From assembly GCA_034780895.1 (NCBI GenBank), contig JAUZTB010000085.1:3248600-3308294 (forward strand): a stretch of 59,695 nt of DNA. The letters are read 5' to 3'. Under the pieces are notes generated by a model. The model saw only the letters and a list, made by a program, of their open reading frames with translations. It did no database searches and had not been told where the DNA came from. Position 1 is the first letter of the stretch; every line of letters starts with the position of its first letter. Position numbers and translations under genes: made by a program. The stretch comes from Rhynchobatus australiae. Lineage: Eukaryota. This document shows, piece by piece, positions 35,844-47,396 of the stretch.

Positions 35844-38169
35844 GTACCTTGGTGTTAAAATTACTAAGAAACATAAGGATCTATTTAAAGTTAATTTACT
35901 ACCTTTAATTGACCATGTTAAACAATTATTTAATAAATGGTCCCCACTGTCTTTATCATTGGTAGGCCGCATTAATTCGGTTAAGATGAATATTTTACCA
36001 AAATGTTTATATTTATTTCACGCGATTCCAACTTTCGTCCAGAAGTCTTTTTTTGAAAATATTGATTCTAAAATTCTTTCATACATTTGGCAGAATAAAA
36101 AAAAACAAAGGTGAAATAAGAAATACTTCTAAAAACTAAAAACGGATGGGGGTATGGCCCTCCCGAACTTTAGATTATATTATTGGGCAATTAATATCAG
36201 ATTTTGTTTGGATACAAGATTGAGATGTAATTCAATGTTCCAAATGGGTACAGCTTGAGCATCAATTCGTACACAGATTTTCATTAGTTTCTATTTTAGG
36301 AGCCTCACTCCCTTTTTCACTCATCAAATTAACCCAATAGTTAAACATACGAATAGGCTTCAATTTCCCTTTTTTATTTCGATTGAATGAATTTAATTTG
36401 TCAAGTATTATTCAATCTATATTTTTTCTTTCAATCATCCAGAGTTGACTGAGCTTTTCCTATTTGGAAAGGAAGGGAATAATATGTTTCGTGATCTATT
36501 AATTGATAACTGTTTTTCATCTTTTGAACAATTATCGAATAAATACAATTTGTTTAGATCACACATTTTTCAATATTTGCACATTAGAATTCTTTTTAAA
36601 GTGTGCTACACCCTCTTTTCAGACACTATATGAAACTGAAATTATGGGGAAAGAATATGTCTTAATCCTTATCAGAAGGGCTTGATAGCAATAATCTATG
36701 ATTTCATTTTGAGAATATGTACAGAATCACTGGACAAAATTAGAAATGAATGGGAAAGTGAACTCCAGACATCTTTAACCAGAGAGACATGGAAGAAAAT
36801 TCTTCAACTGGTTAATACATCTTCAATGTGTGCCAGCCACTCTTTGATACATTGTAAGGTCGTGCACAAAACCCATCTACCAACGGATAATCTAGCCCGT
36901 TTTTATCATCATATAAATCGTATATGTGACAGATGCAAATCGTATGTGGCTTCTCTGACACATATGTTTTGGTCCTGTCCTCTTTTGGAAAAATAGTGGA
37001 AAGCCATTTTTAACATTAACTCAACTGTATTGAATATTGATTTAAAACATCGCCCTATCTCTGCAATATTTGGACTACCAAAGATAGATTCTGTCCATTT
37101 ATCCGCTTCCGCTTGCAGTGTGATTGCCTTTGTCACATTAATGGCCAAACGATCCATTTTGGAAAAATGAAAGGATCCAATACCCTTTGCTAATATTCAA
37201 TGGTTTTCTCAAACTATATCATGTCTAAACTTAGAAAAACAGGATTGGTACTGTTGATCCTTCGCTTAAATTTGAAGTCATTTGGAGTCCATTTATTCAA
37301 TACTTTCACATGATATAGATCCCTTTTCAATAACTTTTCAATTGAAAGGGCGGAATTGACAACACTTTAGTCCATATTGTTTTTTTTATCTCTTTTTTGA
37401 AATTTTCTTCATAGTTTAGTTTGTTATATTATTTAGAATATTTTTTTATTGATTTGGGGATATTTTTTTCTTTTATATATGCAAAAAATCATTTTCTTTC
37501 ATATTATATTCATCTGCTTAGAGATCGTGACATCAAAAGATTTTTATTAATTTATTATTTTTTATGATTATCTATGTCATGATTGCTCTCTTTGTATTAG
37601 ACGTTTATCCATTGTTGTTATATATAAATCTGCATTAATTTGGAAACTAATAAAAAGACTTAAAAAGAAAAGTAAGAGAGTATGACCCGGGTGGGAGGTC
37701 CTTGATTATTTTGGCTGTTTTCTTGAGGCAGCAAGAGGTGCTGTCGGAGTCAATAGAGGGGAGGCTAGTTTCTGTGATGGACTGTTCTGCCTTTACAATT
37801 CCCTGCAGCTTCTGCGGTGTTGGGAAGAGCAAGTTCCATATCAAGTTGTGTTGCATTGCGCCATGATGTATGCTGCCTGGTCTGCTGAGTTCCTCCGGCA
37901 TAATTGTGTTTTCCATCGAGATTCAGGAATCTGCAGTCCTTTCTTTCTCCAGGATGCTTTCTATGATGCATCTTTCGAATTACTGAGTGTCATTGGGCAC
38001 ATGCCGAAGTTCCTGGGCCTTGTAGGAAGTACAGTCGGTGTTTTGCTTTCTTGGCGGTAGCATCCACGTGGCTGGACAAGGGCAAATCGATGGTGATCTG
38101 TTTAACCTTCGAACTTTTAAGCTAACAAACATCCCCACTTCAGCACTATTGATGCAGCGTCGTGTTGTC

Positions 38170-38370
38170 CAAACAATCTGCTGAATGAACTCAACATGTC
38201 GAGCAACATGTGTGGTAGGACAAGAATTATGGACGTTTCTGGACCCGTATTCCTTTCTCATGACTCAACTTAAAGCGTCACCCCGAAACGTCGAACATTC
38301 CTTTCCCCATAGATGCTGCTCGACTGCTGGGTTCTTCCTGAAGATTTTTTTTTACTCCAGATTCCAGGTC
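38170..38370. mobile_element. Fold-back Penelope-derived element (inverted terminal segments)
   Basis: Left arm GAACTCAACATGTCGAGCAACAT...GACGTTTC pairs with right arm GAAACGTC...ATGCTGCTCGACTGCTGGGTTC. Confidence 0.6.
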
Positions 38371-39515
38371 CATTGCCTTCAGCAGCGTGAACTCCGCCCC
38401 ACATCCTGAAGCTAATGGTCAATTGACATTTTAAACATTCACATGTTATTATTGTATATTCAATATCTTTCTTCGCATAGTTGCCTTTCTACGTATTTGG
38501 AAGCACTCCGTCTCATTCACCAACATATTATACAAGCAATCACGTGCGAGATACATACCGTCCATTCTACTCTATTACTATTGGAGCCCTTGTCTCGCTG
38601 TCGCATTGTAAATTGCAGCGCTCAGTTGAATCACATTCTCCTCATCTGCTTAGCTTCATTGCCGACCCATACTCCCAATATGTTTCTTACCTGAAGTCTA
38701 TCCATCCTAAGTCGCCATGATTCCGATTCAAGTGTACAGTTGACCCATAATCTCCGTCTGTATAGTCGGTAGAACATGATCATTCCAAGTTTTTTTTCAA
38801 CCTGCTCCCTAACTTTCTGTTGGAGGATTTCTTGTGCCCGCTTCTAATCACCAGAAGAAACGTGTTTCTATCATTTTACGTGTGTCGGTAACGTTGACCG
38901 ATCTTCAGAGAAATATCCGCAGACCGTGATTCAAAAGCAAAAAAAAATCTGAGGTAAATCTAAAATAAATTCTCAAGGTAATGAACGTATGGTCTTGGGA
39001 ACGGTAAAACTCAGTAAAGGAAGGGTGTCTGCGATAACAAAGCTGCCAAACTGCAACAAATCAAATCAAATCGAGAAGAAGGAACGCAATGTGTTTATTC
39101 CATCGGCAATGTTGAGTGCTGAGTGATGAACCAGAGAAAATTTTGGAAAGTGAGCCTGCTTACATCATGCCTTACATCATGCTTACATCATCGGAAAGTG
39201 TGACATGCAAATACTGGTGGTGATATGAGGGGAATTTTGCAGGTGTCCTTTTGTTCGAGGCAGTAGCACTTTCATTCCAAAAGTCTTTGTCTAAAACTCT
39301 CGTGATTAACTGCAGCATCGACCTTCATTTCAGGAATTTCATTGCTTCACTGCTCAGTATTTACCAACAAGCAGATCTTCTTGGTTACATCTTTTCCAAT
39401 ATATGTGTTGCACAATACTTTTCACAGGGACAGCACATGTCGTCATCTTCCGCACATAGTGTCTCATATAAATGAGGTCATGGAACTTGCAATGTCTCGG
39501 GAGTTTTTAGCTCTG

Positions 39516-39521
39516 TATAAA
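39516..39521 (+). promoter_or_regulatory. Putative TATA box of GPCR 3
   Basis: TATAAACCAGAGCTCCCTT ~95 nt upstream of the ATG resembles paralog 1 TATAAAGCAGGAACCCTT. Confidence 0.5.
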
Positions 39522-39614
39522 CCAGAGCTCCCTTCAGTGTTACGCCCAACAGCGAATGAACGTCCCGGTTTGCACGAATAGATGCGACAGCTTCGGTAGC
39601 AGGTCACACGGAAA

Positions 39615-39690
39615 ATGGACCAAGTATTTAAAGCTGTTCGTCTGACAGAATCCATTTACTACACAATCCTGGGTGTGTTTGGAGTTGTAG
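39615..39690 (+). CDS. GPR139-like: GPR139-like paralog 3, coding exon 1 (MDQVFKAVRLTESIYYTILGVFGVV)
   Basis: AAAATGG start, 76 nt, donor G|GTAAGT, phase 1 matching the acceptor at 47396/47397; IYY...GV motif; no assembly gap between the two exons. Confidence 0.85.
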
Positions 39691-41699
39691 GTAAGTTCCA
39701 GTTCTGTGTGCTTTTCATTAGGGTTCACGACAAAATGTAAGTGGTGTTTGTTTGACAGTGAATCGCTGTTTTCTTGGCACCTCTCCCAATTACTTGATTT
39801 TGACAGGCTAAGTTTTCTTTATGGAGATGTTGCAGGTTGACCATCAACGCCTACTGATATAATTACAGAATGTTGACGAACAATGACTTCTGCCGAAATC
39901 TCGGTAATATATTACCCAAATCTTGGCGATATATTTTGAGCTTGCGACTCTCTGACAAAATTTTCTCGAGTACAGCATTTCGCCAATTAAAACATTTAGT
40001 TTTAATCTGCATCTTTGTGCTAACCAATGCCTGTGCTTAATATGATCAAACATATTAAAACTGTCAGGGAAATAATGGGAGCGTTTGTCAAAGTTTATTG
40101 CATAATATGTCTTCAGAACGGCGAAACGATCTTCCTCCTTTTAGTCAGAAATGCGAGGTCTCAATCAACCGCATTGTTATTATTGCTAATAGTTAGGAAT
40201 AAAAACAAACGATATTGAATCTAATGCAAGTTCAAACCAACGTTTTCTACCACGAAGAAGAACAGTAAGCGGTTGTAAACAGTGTGTCCCTTAGGTTTCC
40301 TTCCATGCCATACACCACTCTGATTTTCAGATGCAGGACTTCCCTTCATTGTCGACAGTTGCAATCACGCGATCAGTCTGTCCAACATCGCTGCGCGAGA
40401 AGGAGTGCCGCGGTTAAAAGAGACGAACAGCAGCAGTATGGGTGTTACTGTGCCGCGGTAAACTTGAGCTGTTGTCTTAAATCTCCAGTGATCTGGTTTC
40501 GATCCTCACTCAAGGTGATATGCACTTTCTCCCTGCGGTTTCACTCGGGTGCTCCAGTTTCCCCGCACATACCAAAGACTTGCGGATCGGTGGGTTGATT
40601 GCCTGCTGTGAATTTCCCATACGAGGAGATGACTCATCGATTCTGAGTGGAGATGTTGGAATGTGAGGAGTACAGGATTTTACAGCACAGAAAAGGGCAC
40701 CCATCTACACTAATCACATTTGTTCCCATTAAGACCACATTCCTTGCCTATTAAAATGTCTTTCTTAATGCCTATTAAACTCAGTTATTAAATCTTCAGT
40801 TCCACCATTACCCAGAACAACCATCCTCTGCTTTAAAATCTAAACGTACAGATTCTCCTTAAAACTCCTTTCATTCACCTGAAACCTATGCTATTTTGTG
40901 TTTGATAGCGCAATAATGAAATTGGTGACCCCTACTGTGGGATGATGCCCCTACCAGAGGAACATTGACATGGAATTAGTGTAAGTGGATCATTAACAGT
41001 CGAAGCGGATTCGTTGGGTCAAAGGGATTGTTTACAGACTGTTTAACTCTATGTCTACGTATTGCGTGGACTGTACATCCCGATCTTGAAAACGCTATCC
41101 TGATTCTGAGAAATAAAGAGAAAAAATTCCTTTCCAATCTTTTACCTCTCACTTAAACCTATTTTGCCTTCCCGCTTTAATTCTATTCACTTAATTTGGC
41201 ATGTAATTAAATGTTCTAATTCATGAAGCAGTCACGATCTATACATTCTTAAATGTAACCCATCATTTAAAAAAAAGATTGTTTTTCTAAAACACAGACC
41301 CGTGTAATCTTTGGCGTTACCCATTTTTCTGGAAATGCCAAGATTAACTCCAAAGGATTGTTATTAGCAAATGCGAACACAAGGTTTGTGCAATATCCTT
41401 TAGAATCATTCACTGAATGGTCCGTACGTATTGCCATGCTCTTGCAGGATAATTTCATTAATGTAACTTTATTATTCGGCAGCTGATGTCTGGTTGGTGA
41501 AGTTAAGGACAAGTGGTTGGGATGATATTTTCTCCCTCTATTAAATCGGATAAACGAGACGTCATTTTGACTGGAATTATCTGAGAGTCAATGAAAACCG
41601 CTTCGGTATCTCCAGGATGCGAAGAATATGAACTGGTTATTGTCTTTTGTGAGGATGTGTCTGAATATTTGGCAGAAACCGTAGAAGCTGCCTAGCAAA

Positions 41700-43855
41700 A
41701 ATATAAATCACGAGTGAGGATCAATTTCAGCCATTCTGACTTGGTAGAGGATAGTGCGGCAGCCCAAACGATGGGGTGTGGTTGATCAACATAGCTCATC
41801 ATTCAGAGTAGGTTCTTAAGATCGGCATTGAAAGAAAGGGTGGGATATGTATGAAAAATAAAGGGATGTGGAAGAGTCAGATTTAACATGTAGAGAAGCT
41901 TTGAAGAAGGCGAAGCAGAGTGCAGGACATAAAAATAGAAAGGTGCATGGGCTAAGGTACATTTACTTGAATGCAATAAGTATAAGGAATACGGGTGAGG
42001 AACTGAGAGCTTGGAAAAGTACATGGGGCTATGATATTGTGGCCCTTGCGGAGACTTGGCTGACAGCAGAGCAGGAATGGATATTGAATATTCCTGGATT
42101 TCAATGTTTTAAAGGAATGGTGGGGGGGGGAATTGGATGAGGGGTGGCGTTTTTGTCAGGTATACTATTACATCTGAAGAAAGGGTGGATAATGCAGAAG
42201 GGTACTCTCTAGAGTCATTGTGGTTGGTAGTTAGGAACAAGAAAAGAGCAGTTACTCTACTGGGACTATTCTATCGGTTCACTCCCACCCCCACCTCCCC
42301 ACCGGTAGCTGCAGGGATACTGAGGAGCAGATTGGGAGACAGATTTTGGAAAGGTGCAAGAATAACAGGGTTGTCACCGTGGGAGACTTCAACTTCCCCG
42401 ATATTGTTTGGCACCTGCTTAGTTCCAAAGGTTTCGACGAGGCAGAGTTGGTTAAATGTGTCTAGTACGGATTCATGTCACCGTATGTTGACAGACCGTC
42501 AAGAGGGAATGTCATATTTGATCTAGTATTAGTTAATGAACTGTGTCAGTTGACAGATCTCTCGGTGGGTGAGCATTTGGAGCACAGTGACCACCATTCT
42601 ATAACCTTTAGCATTGTCATGTACAAGGAAAGGAGCAAAGATGACAGGAAGATATTTATTTGGGGAAGGACAAATTATGAGGCTATAACGCTAGAACTTG
42701 AGAGTGTAAATTGGAATGATATCTTTTTAAGGGAAATGCACTATGCAGATGTGAACGTTGTTCGGGAATCTTTTGCAGGATGTTAGGGATAAATTTGTCC
42801 CGGTGAGGCAGTGAAAGAATGGCAGGGTGAAGGAACCATACCTGACAAAAGAAGTGGAACATCTAGTTAGGAGGGCGAAGACAGCATACATATGGTAATA
42901 GCTGCAAGGATCTGACAGGGCTCATGAGGAATATAGGGTAGCAAGGGAGGAATTTAACAAGGGGCTTACGAGAGCAATAAGGGGACATGAACAGTCCTCA
43001 GCGAATATGGTTAAGGCAAATCCCAAAGTTGTTTACACGTACGTGGAGAGCAGAAGGATGACGGGAGTAAAGGAAAGACCTATTTGACATAAAGGTGGGA
43101 AGATGTGCCTGAAAACTGTTGAAGTGGGTGAGGTTCTCAATTAATACTTCTGTTTCGTATTCACCAAGGGGCGGGACCTTGATGACGCTGAAGGAAGTGT
43201 TAGTCATTTTAAAGTTCTGGAGTATGTAGCTATCAAGAGACAGGATTTGTAGGAACTGTTAGAAAATATTAGAACAGATAAGTCCCCGGGGCCTGAAGGA
43301 GTATTTCCCAGGCTGCTTCCTGAGGTGATGGAGGAGATTGATGAACCATTGGCAAGGTTCTTTGAGTCCTCGTTGCCGATGGGAATGGTACCGGAGGATT
43401 GGAAGGTGGCAAATGTTGTCGCCTTATTCAAAAGATGTAGTAGAGATACTCCAGGGAATTCCCCACCTGTGAGCCATACGTCTCTGATGTGCAAGCTGTT
43501 GGAAAGGATTCTTCATGGACAATCATGGCCTGATTATGGACAGCCAGCATGGATTTTTGAAGGGAAGATCATGTCTCACAAGCCTGATAGGTTTCTTGGA
43601 GGAGGTGAATTGGGCCAGGAAGATTGATGAGGGTAGTGCAGTAGATGTGGTCTACATGGATTTTAGTAAGGCGTTTGACAAGGTTACACATGGCAGGCTT
43701 CTTCAGAAGGTCAGAGAGATTGTTATATAAGCACAAGGAGAAATTTAAGATAGAGGGATATGTTGGAGGAAGGAGTTAGATAGTCTTAGTTTGAAGGGCG
43801 GTACAACATGGTGGGACGAAGGGCCTGTATTGTGCTGTATTGTTCTGTGGTTCCA
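41700..43855 (+). mobile_element. CR1 LINE (end of ORF1, ORF2 endonuclease and N-half of RT) joined directly to the 3' end by an internal deletion; lies in the GPCR 3 intron
   Basis: YLNAISIRN, YDIVALAETWL, KSPGPEGVFPRLL, SQHGFLKGRSCLTSLI, VDVVYMDFSKAFDKV, then the CR1 3' UTR GAAGGGCCTGTATTGTGCTGTATTGTTCT. Confidence 0.9.
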
Positions 43856-46800
43856 TGGTAACTGCGAGAATGGGCGTGAAAATTTCAAATGAATGCTGGC
43901 CATAATATCACTAATTCTTTGCATTCTGAAGGAAATGATAAATATCACACAAAATCTTTGCAAATCTATGTGCTTAAATGGGCTACAGAAATGAAATTAT
44001 CTAGGAGGAGAGGAACATAAGTTACTAAAAATAACACTCTTAAATAAAAGTATTAATCTCGTGGATTGATCCCTGGGTTTATTTCCAGAGAATGGTATAG
44101 AAGAACATTTATTTACGAAAACAGTATGTTTGATGAGTGACAAAAATAATGCGCAGGCTTCCAGACAGGTTGAAGTTGGAATGCCTATGGAAGAAAGCGA
44201 CATATTTCGGCACCGGCGAAGTTACAACCAGCAGAAATGAAGTTTTCACGAAGTCAATCACTTTCTTGTGTCTGTGATAACACGACTCAGAAAAGGTATT
44301 TTGAGGTGCGATAGGTTCATAGGGCAGACGGAAAATAGACATTCACAATTTTGGTTAAACGAAAGCTGGCATCTATGAAACTAAGCATTTAAAGGCGAAC
44401 TGAGGAAAAAATTATCAAGAATAACAAGGGTCACGTGGTTAGCAAGTTCTTATCAAAATGAATAGTTGATGCCAATTGCAGAATTTGCCGTTAAGGAGAA
44501 TTTGCATTAACAAAAACCGGAAGGAGAACGAAATTTTCTTTTTCCTTCCCTTTCCTTTTTTTGAAGGGGATGGACGTGCGGTGTGAAGCGCTGGCGTGTA
44601 TATAAAGAGTGACATGGCGTTCCGCGTTCAAATCGTGACGCTGTGTTGTTGGTACTCCCTGATTTTTTTTTGTTATTTCTACGACGATAACAACGTCGAG
44701 CAGCTCGACATTACTATCTCCCAGACTCAATTGAAAATGGGACCATTGGCACATAACTGCTTTGAAGTTTCTGGTAGAGAATAGTGTCAGCTGATATGGG
44801 ATTCTGAGACTCCAACAAAAGAGAAATTGCGAGAGAATGATTTCAATGGTCTGCATTTTCAACAGAGGAAATGTTAAGACTATACAAGCCAAATGTGAAC
44901 AGTTTTGGATGATTGGCTCCGTATCTCCGTTGTCAGTGAGCAATTGCAGCTGGATCGGCAGATTAATAATGGCGTTGCCGTAATGTTGACAATACTTGCA
45001 TTGTTACAGCAATGGTCTACCAATATTAATCACATTCTGAAAATTTATGGGCGAATGTATTTGTGCCAGAAATCTCTTGGGAATCTAAAGGCAATACTCA
45101 CCTCATTTTTCCAAAAATGTTGTCCATCACATTATAATTCCCTCACGGTTTACAAAGAATGCGTGGGACCTATGCGTGAAGGAAAGAAAAATATCAGAGC
45201 TTTTGGCATTATTGTGCACGACCGTATGAAGTCAGGAGATGAAGAAAAAGGGATATTGGGAAATTAGTTTATTTTTGTCAAGCATATCGAGGTAGAGTGA
45301 ATAATTTTGTTTTGCAAGCAATCCACACAGATCTTCTCACAACATTAGTCTATGAGGGCAGGGCAGTGGGTATTTTCTACGTAGACTTTCGTAAAGCTTT
45401 CCATAAGGTCTCCAGTGATGGCCTGATATAGAATATTCAGGCAAATTGGTAAATTGTTTTCTTGTTGTCGCATGTACCAAGGAAGAGTGAACTTTTACAT
45501 GCCATCCATACAGATCATTTCATTGCAACGGTGCACTGAGGCATTATAAGGAAATACAATAAAACATTGCAGAATAAAGTGTTACATTTACAAAGAAAGT
45601 GCAGTTCAAGCTGACAGTACGGTGCAAGGTTATAACGAGCTAAATTGTGAGGTGAAGTGTCTATCTTATCGAGCATAGGGACCGTTCAATAGTCTTATAA
45701 CAGCGGGACGGAAACTGTCTTTGAGCCTGGTGGCATATGCTTTCAGGCTGCTATTCAATTACACTGGGCCTTCATGATGCCGCATATAGAAAATTGTGTA
45801 CTGATCTGGTCTGTTGATTTAAGGAGGGATATTCTTCCGATTGTGGAAGTTTACCAGGTTCATTGTTGAGATTGCAATTTTTTGCATGAATGTACATATT
45901 AAGCAATATCTGCTCTTTTTATGGAAGAACACTGCACTGTGATGTCACGGCATAATATGTATTAAATCCGTATTTTGTAGATACTTTCAGATTTGTTGTT
46001 TAAACTGCGTGATGTCTGCGGAAGCAGAATTATTACTCTCAAAGGAAGGGGTCGAGGGATCCGCAATTCAGGACAGAGAGATACTGTGTAACGCCTTCTT
46101 CCAAAAAACAGACAAAGTGCAATTAACCAAGCACGAAGTTCAGACTCGCAGGAAATGCAAGACAGAGACCAGTAGAATTTTGGATACGAAGAATATCAGT
46201 GCATATGGGGCCAGTGAAGGAAAGTGACACCAGGATAGAGCATCGACCAACAAATTATTAAATGTCGGAGAATGCAGCTGAACTGAAGCATCTGGGAGCT
46301 GCACTGCGAGGGATTACATCGTTTCCACAGCTAGTCCGTAACATCGCTTTGGCCACGCCACCGAAAGCTTGGAATATCGTTGGAAGAAATAAGGTCTCAG
46401 CTCCAAACTTGCTTCCCGTCCGTAAACATACTGTACCTGACCACTTCTCCAATTCCATTACATTAGCGAGAAGGACCATTCACATGAGAATGGAACTCAC
46501 ACTCCTCTGACTATCTTGTACCTCACTCTATCCTCGCACAAGGACTCATTTCGTTCCAGCTGTGGCCATATCTGTATCCACCTGCTTAGTTCCAACGAGC
46601 AGCAATGTAAGATTGGGAACAGCTGCTCTTTTTCTGCCTGGGACTCAATATCTTATTGAGCAATCTCAGGTGACTTGCTTTACCCTTTACATCGACACTG
46701 GCCAGTTCTGCCGTCCGTATATGCATCGATAATTTGAACAGTTTTTCTCTTTCTACAGAAACTGCCTGATCTGCCTGAAAATTCCAATCGTCCATTTTTG

Positions 46801-47396
46801 GGTTCAGTTCTCTTCAATAGCTCTGATCTGCATTCCATGGCCCATTGTGTGTCCCTGTGCGAATCTTTTATGTTGTCAAACTGTCCACATGAAACTATCA
46901 ACCAGACGGTTTCTCCATCAGCGTATCACCACGGCAATCCCGACCTTACCCTACCAGAATTATTCCCTTTTACCATTTCTCTCTCCTGCGACCCTATGTG
47001 CAACTACACCTAACTTAATTTGTAATTTTATCCAGTGCGGGTGAGGGTTTTCGACCAAAAACGTTCATATCCTTTCTCCTTCAACAGATGCAGATAGTTT
47101 GATCTTTCCCACAATTTATTCATCACTGTTCTCTCCACACACAAAAAAACTTTGCAGGGATATCACTTTTCACATTCCATATTTCTGGTACTAGTCTGGA
47201 GGAGAATTTTTGTCAGATTCGCAAGAAAACATAAATAGCATGCCTTCTCACTGCCAAGAATCAGGGAAGTTCCCGTGACTCAAAAGAGATGCACTTCGTC
47301 ACAGGATGCAACCACTAGTCTCTGATTTGTGCATCCACCGTACTGGATACGATCATTTCGATAGGGTTCTGAGTTGTGATATATTTTCTCTTGCAG

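Larger units (their letters stand above)
32340..37673 (+). mobile_element. Decayed L1-clade LINE ORF2 (APE endonuclease, RT, C-terminal Cys/His finger), 3' UTR and A-rich tail
   Basis: LNNPIK..IFK...IIFGQETH, GGDFN, KTPHPDG, DQTGFI, DAEKAFDR, ISLDTDDLLLY, YLGVKIT, CDRCKSYVASLTHMFWSCP; AATAAA plus A-rich end; flanking TSD AAGAGA(A/G)TATGA at 32132-32143 and 37674-37685. Confidence 0.9.
31810..38160 (-). mobile_element. Rex1/Babar-type LINE 3' fragment split by the L1 insertion (31810-32143 and 37674-38160)
   Basis: Both halves align with the 12870-13600 copy; ORF 37647-37916 has KLQGIVKAEQSIT.TSLPSIDS..TSCCLKKTAKIIKD. Confidence 0.72.

Noticed and set aside
24927-35972. ORFs rich in CV, HT or ER dipeptides and ORFs running through X stretches
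   Set aside because: Translations of (TG)n, (CA)n or (GA)n microsatellites and N gaps
39883-39940. ATG...IYYP (MTSAEISVIYYPNLGDIF*) as an alternative GPCR exon 1
   Set aside because: In-frame stop, no GV motif and no splice donor; 39615-39690 fits far better
47306-47396. N-terminal extension MQPLVSDLCIHR... of ORF 47306 as the true start of GPCR 3
   Set aside because: It reads through intron sequence ending in a canonical acceptor at the position homologous to the other paralogs
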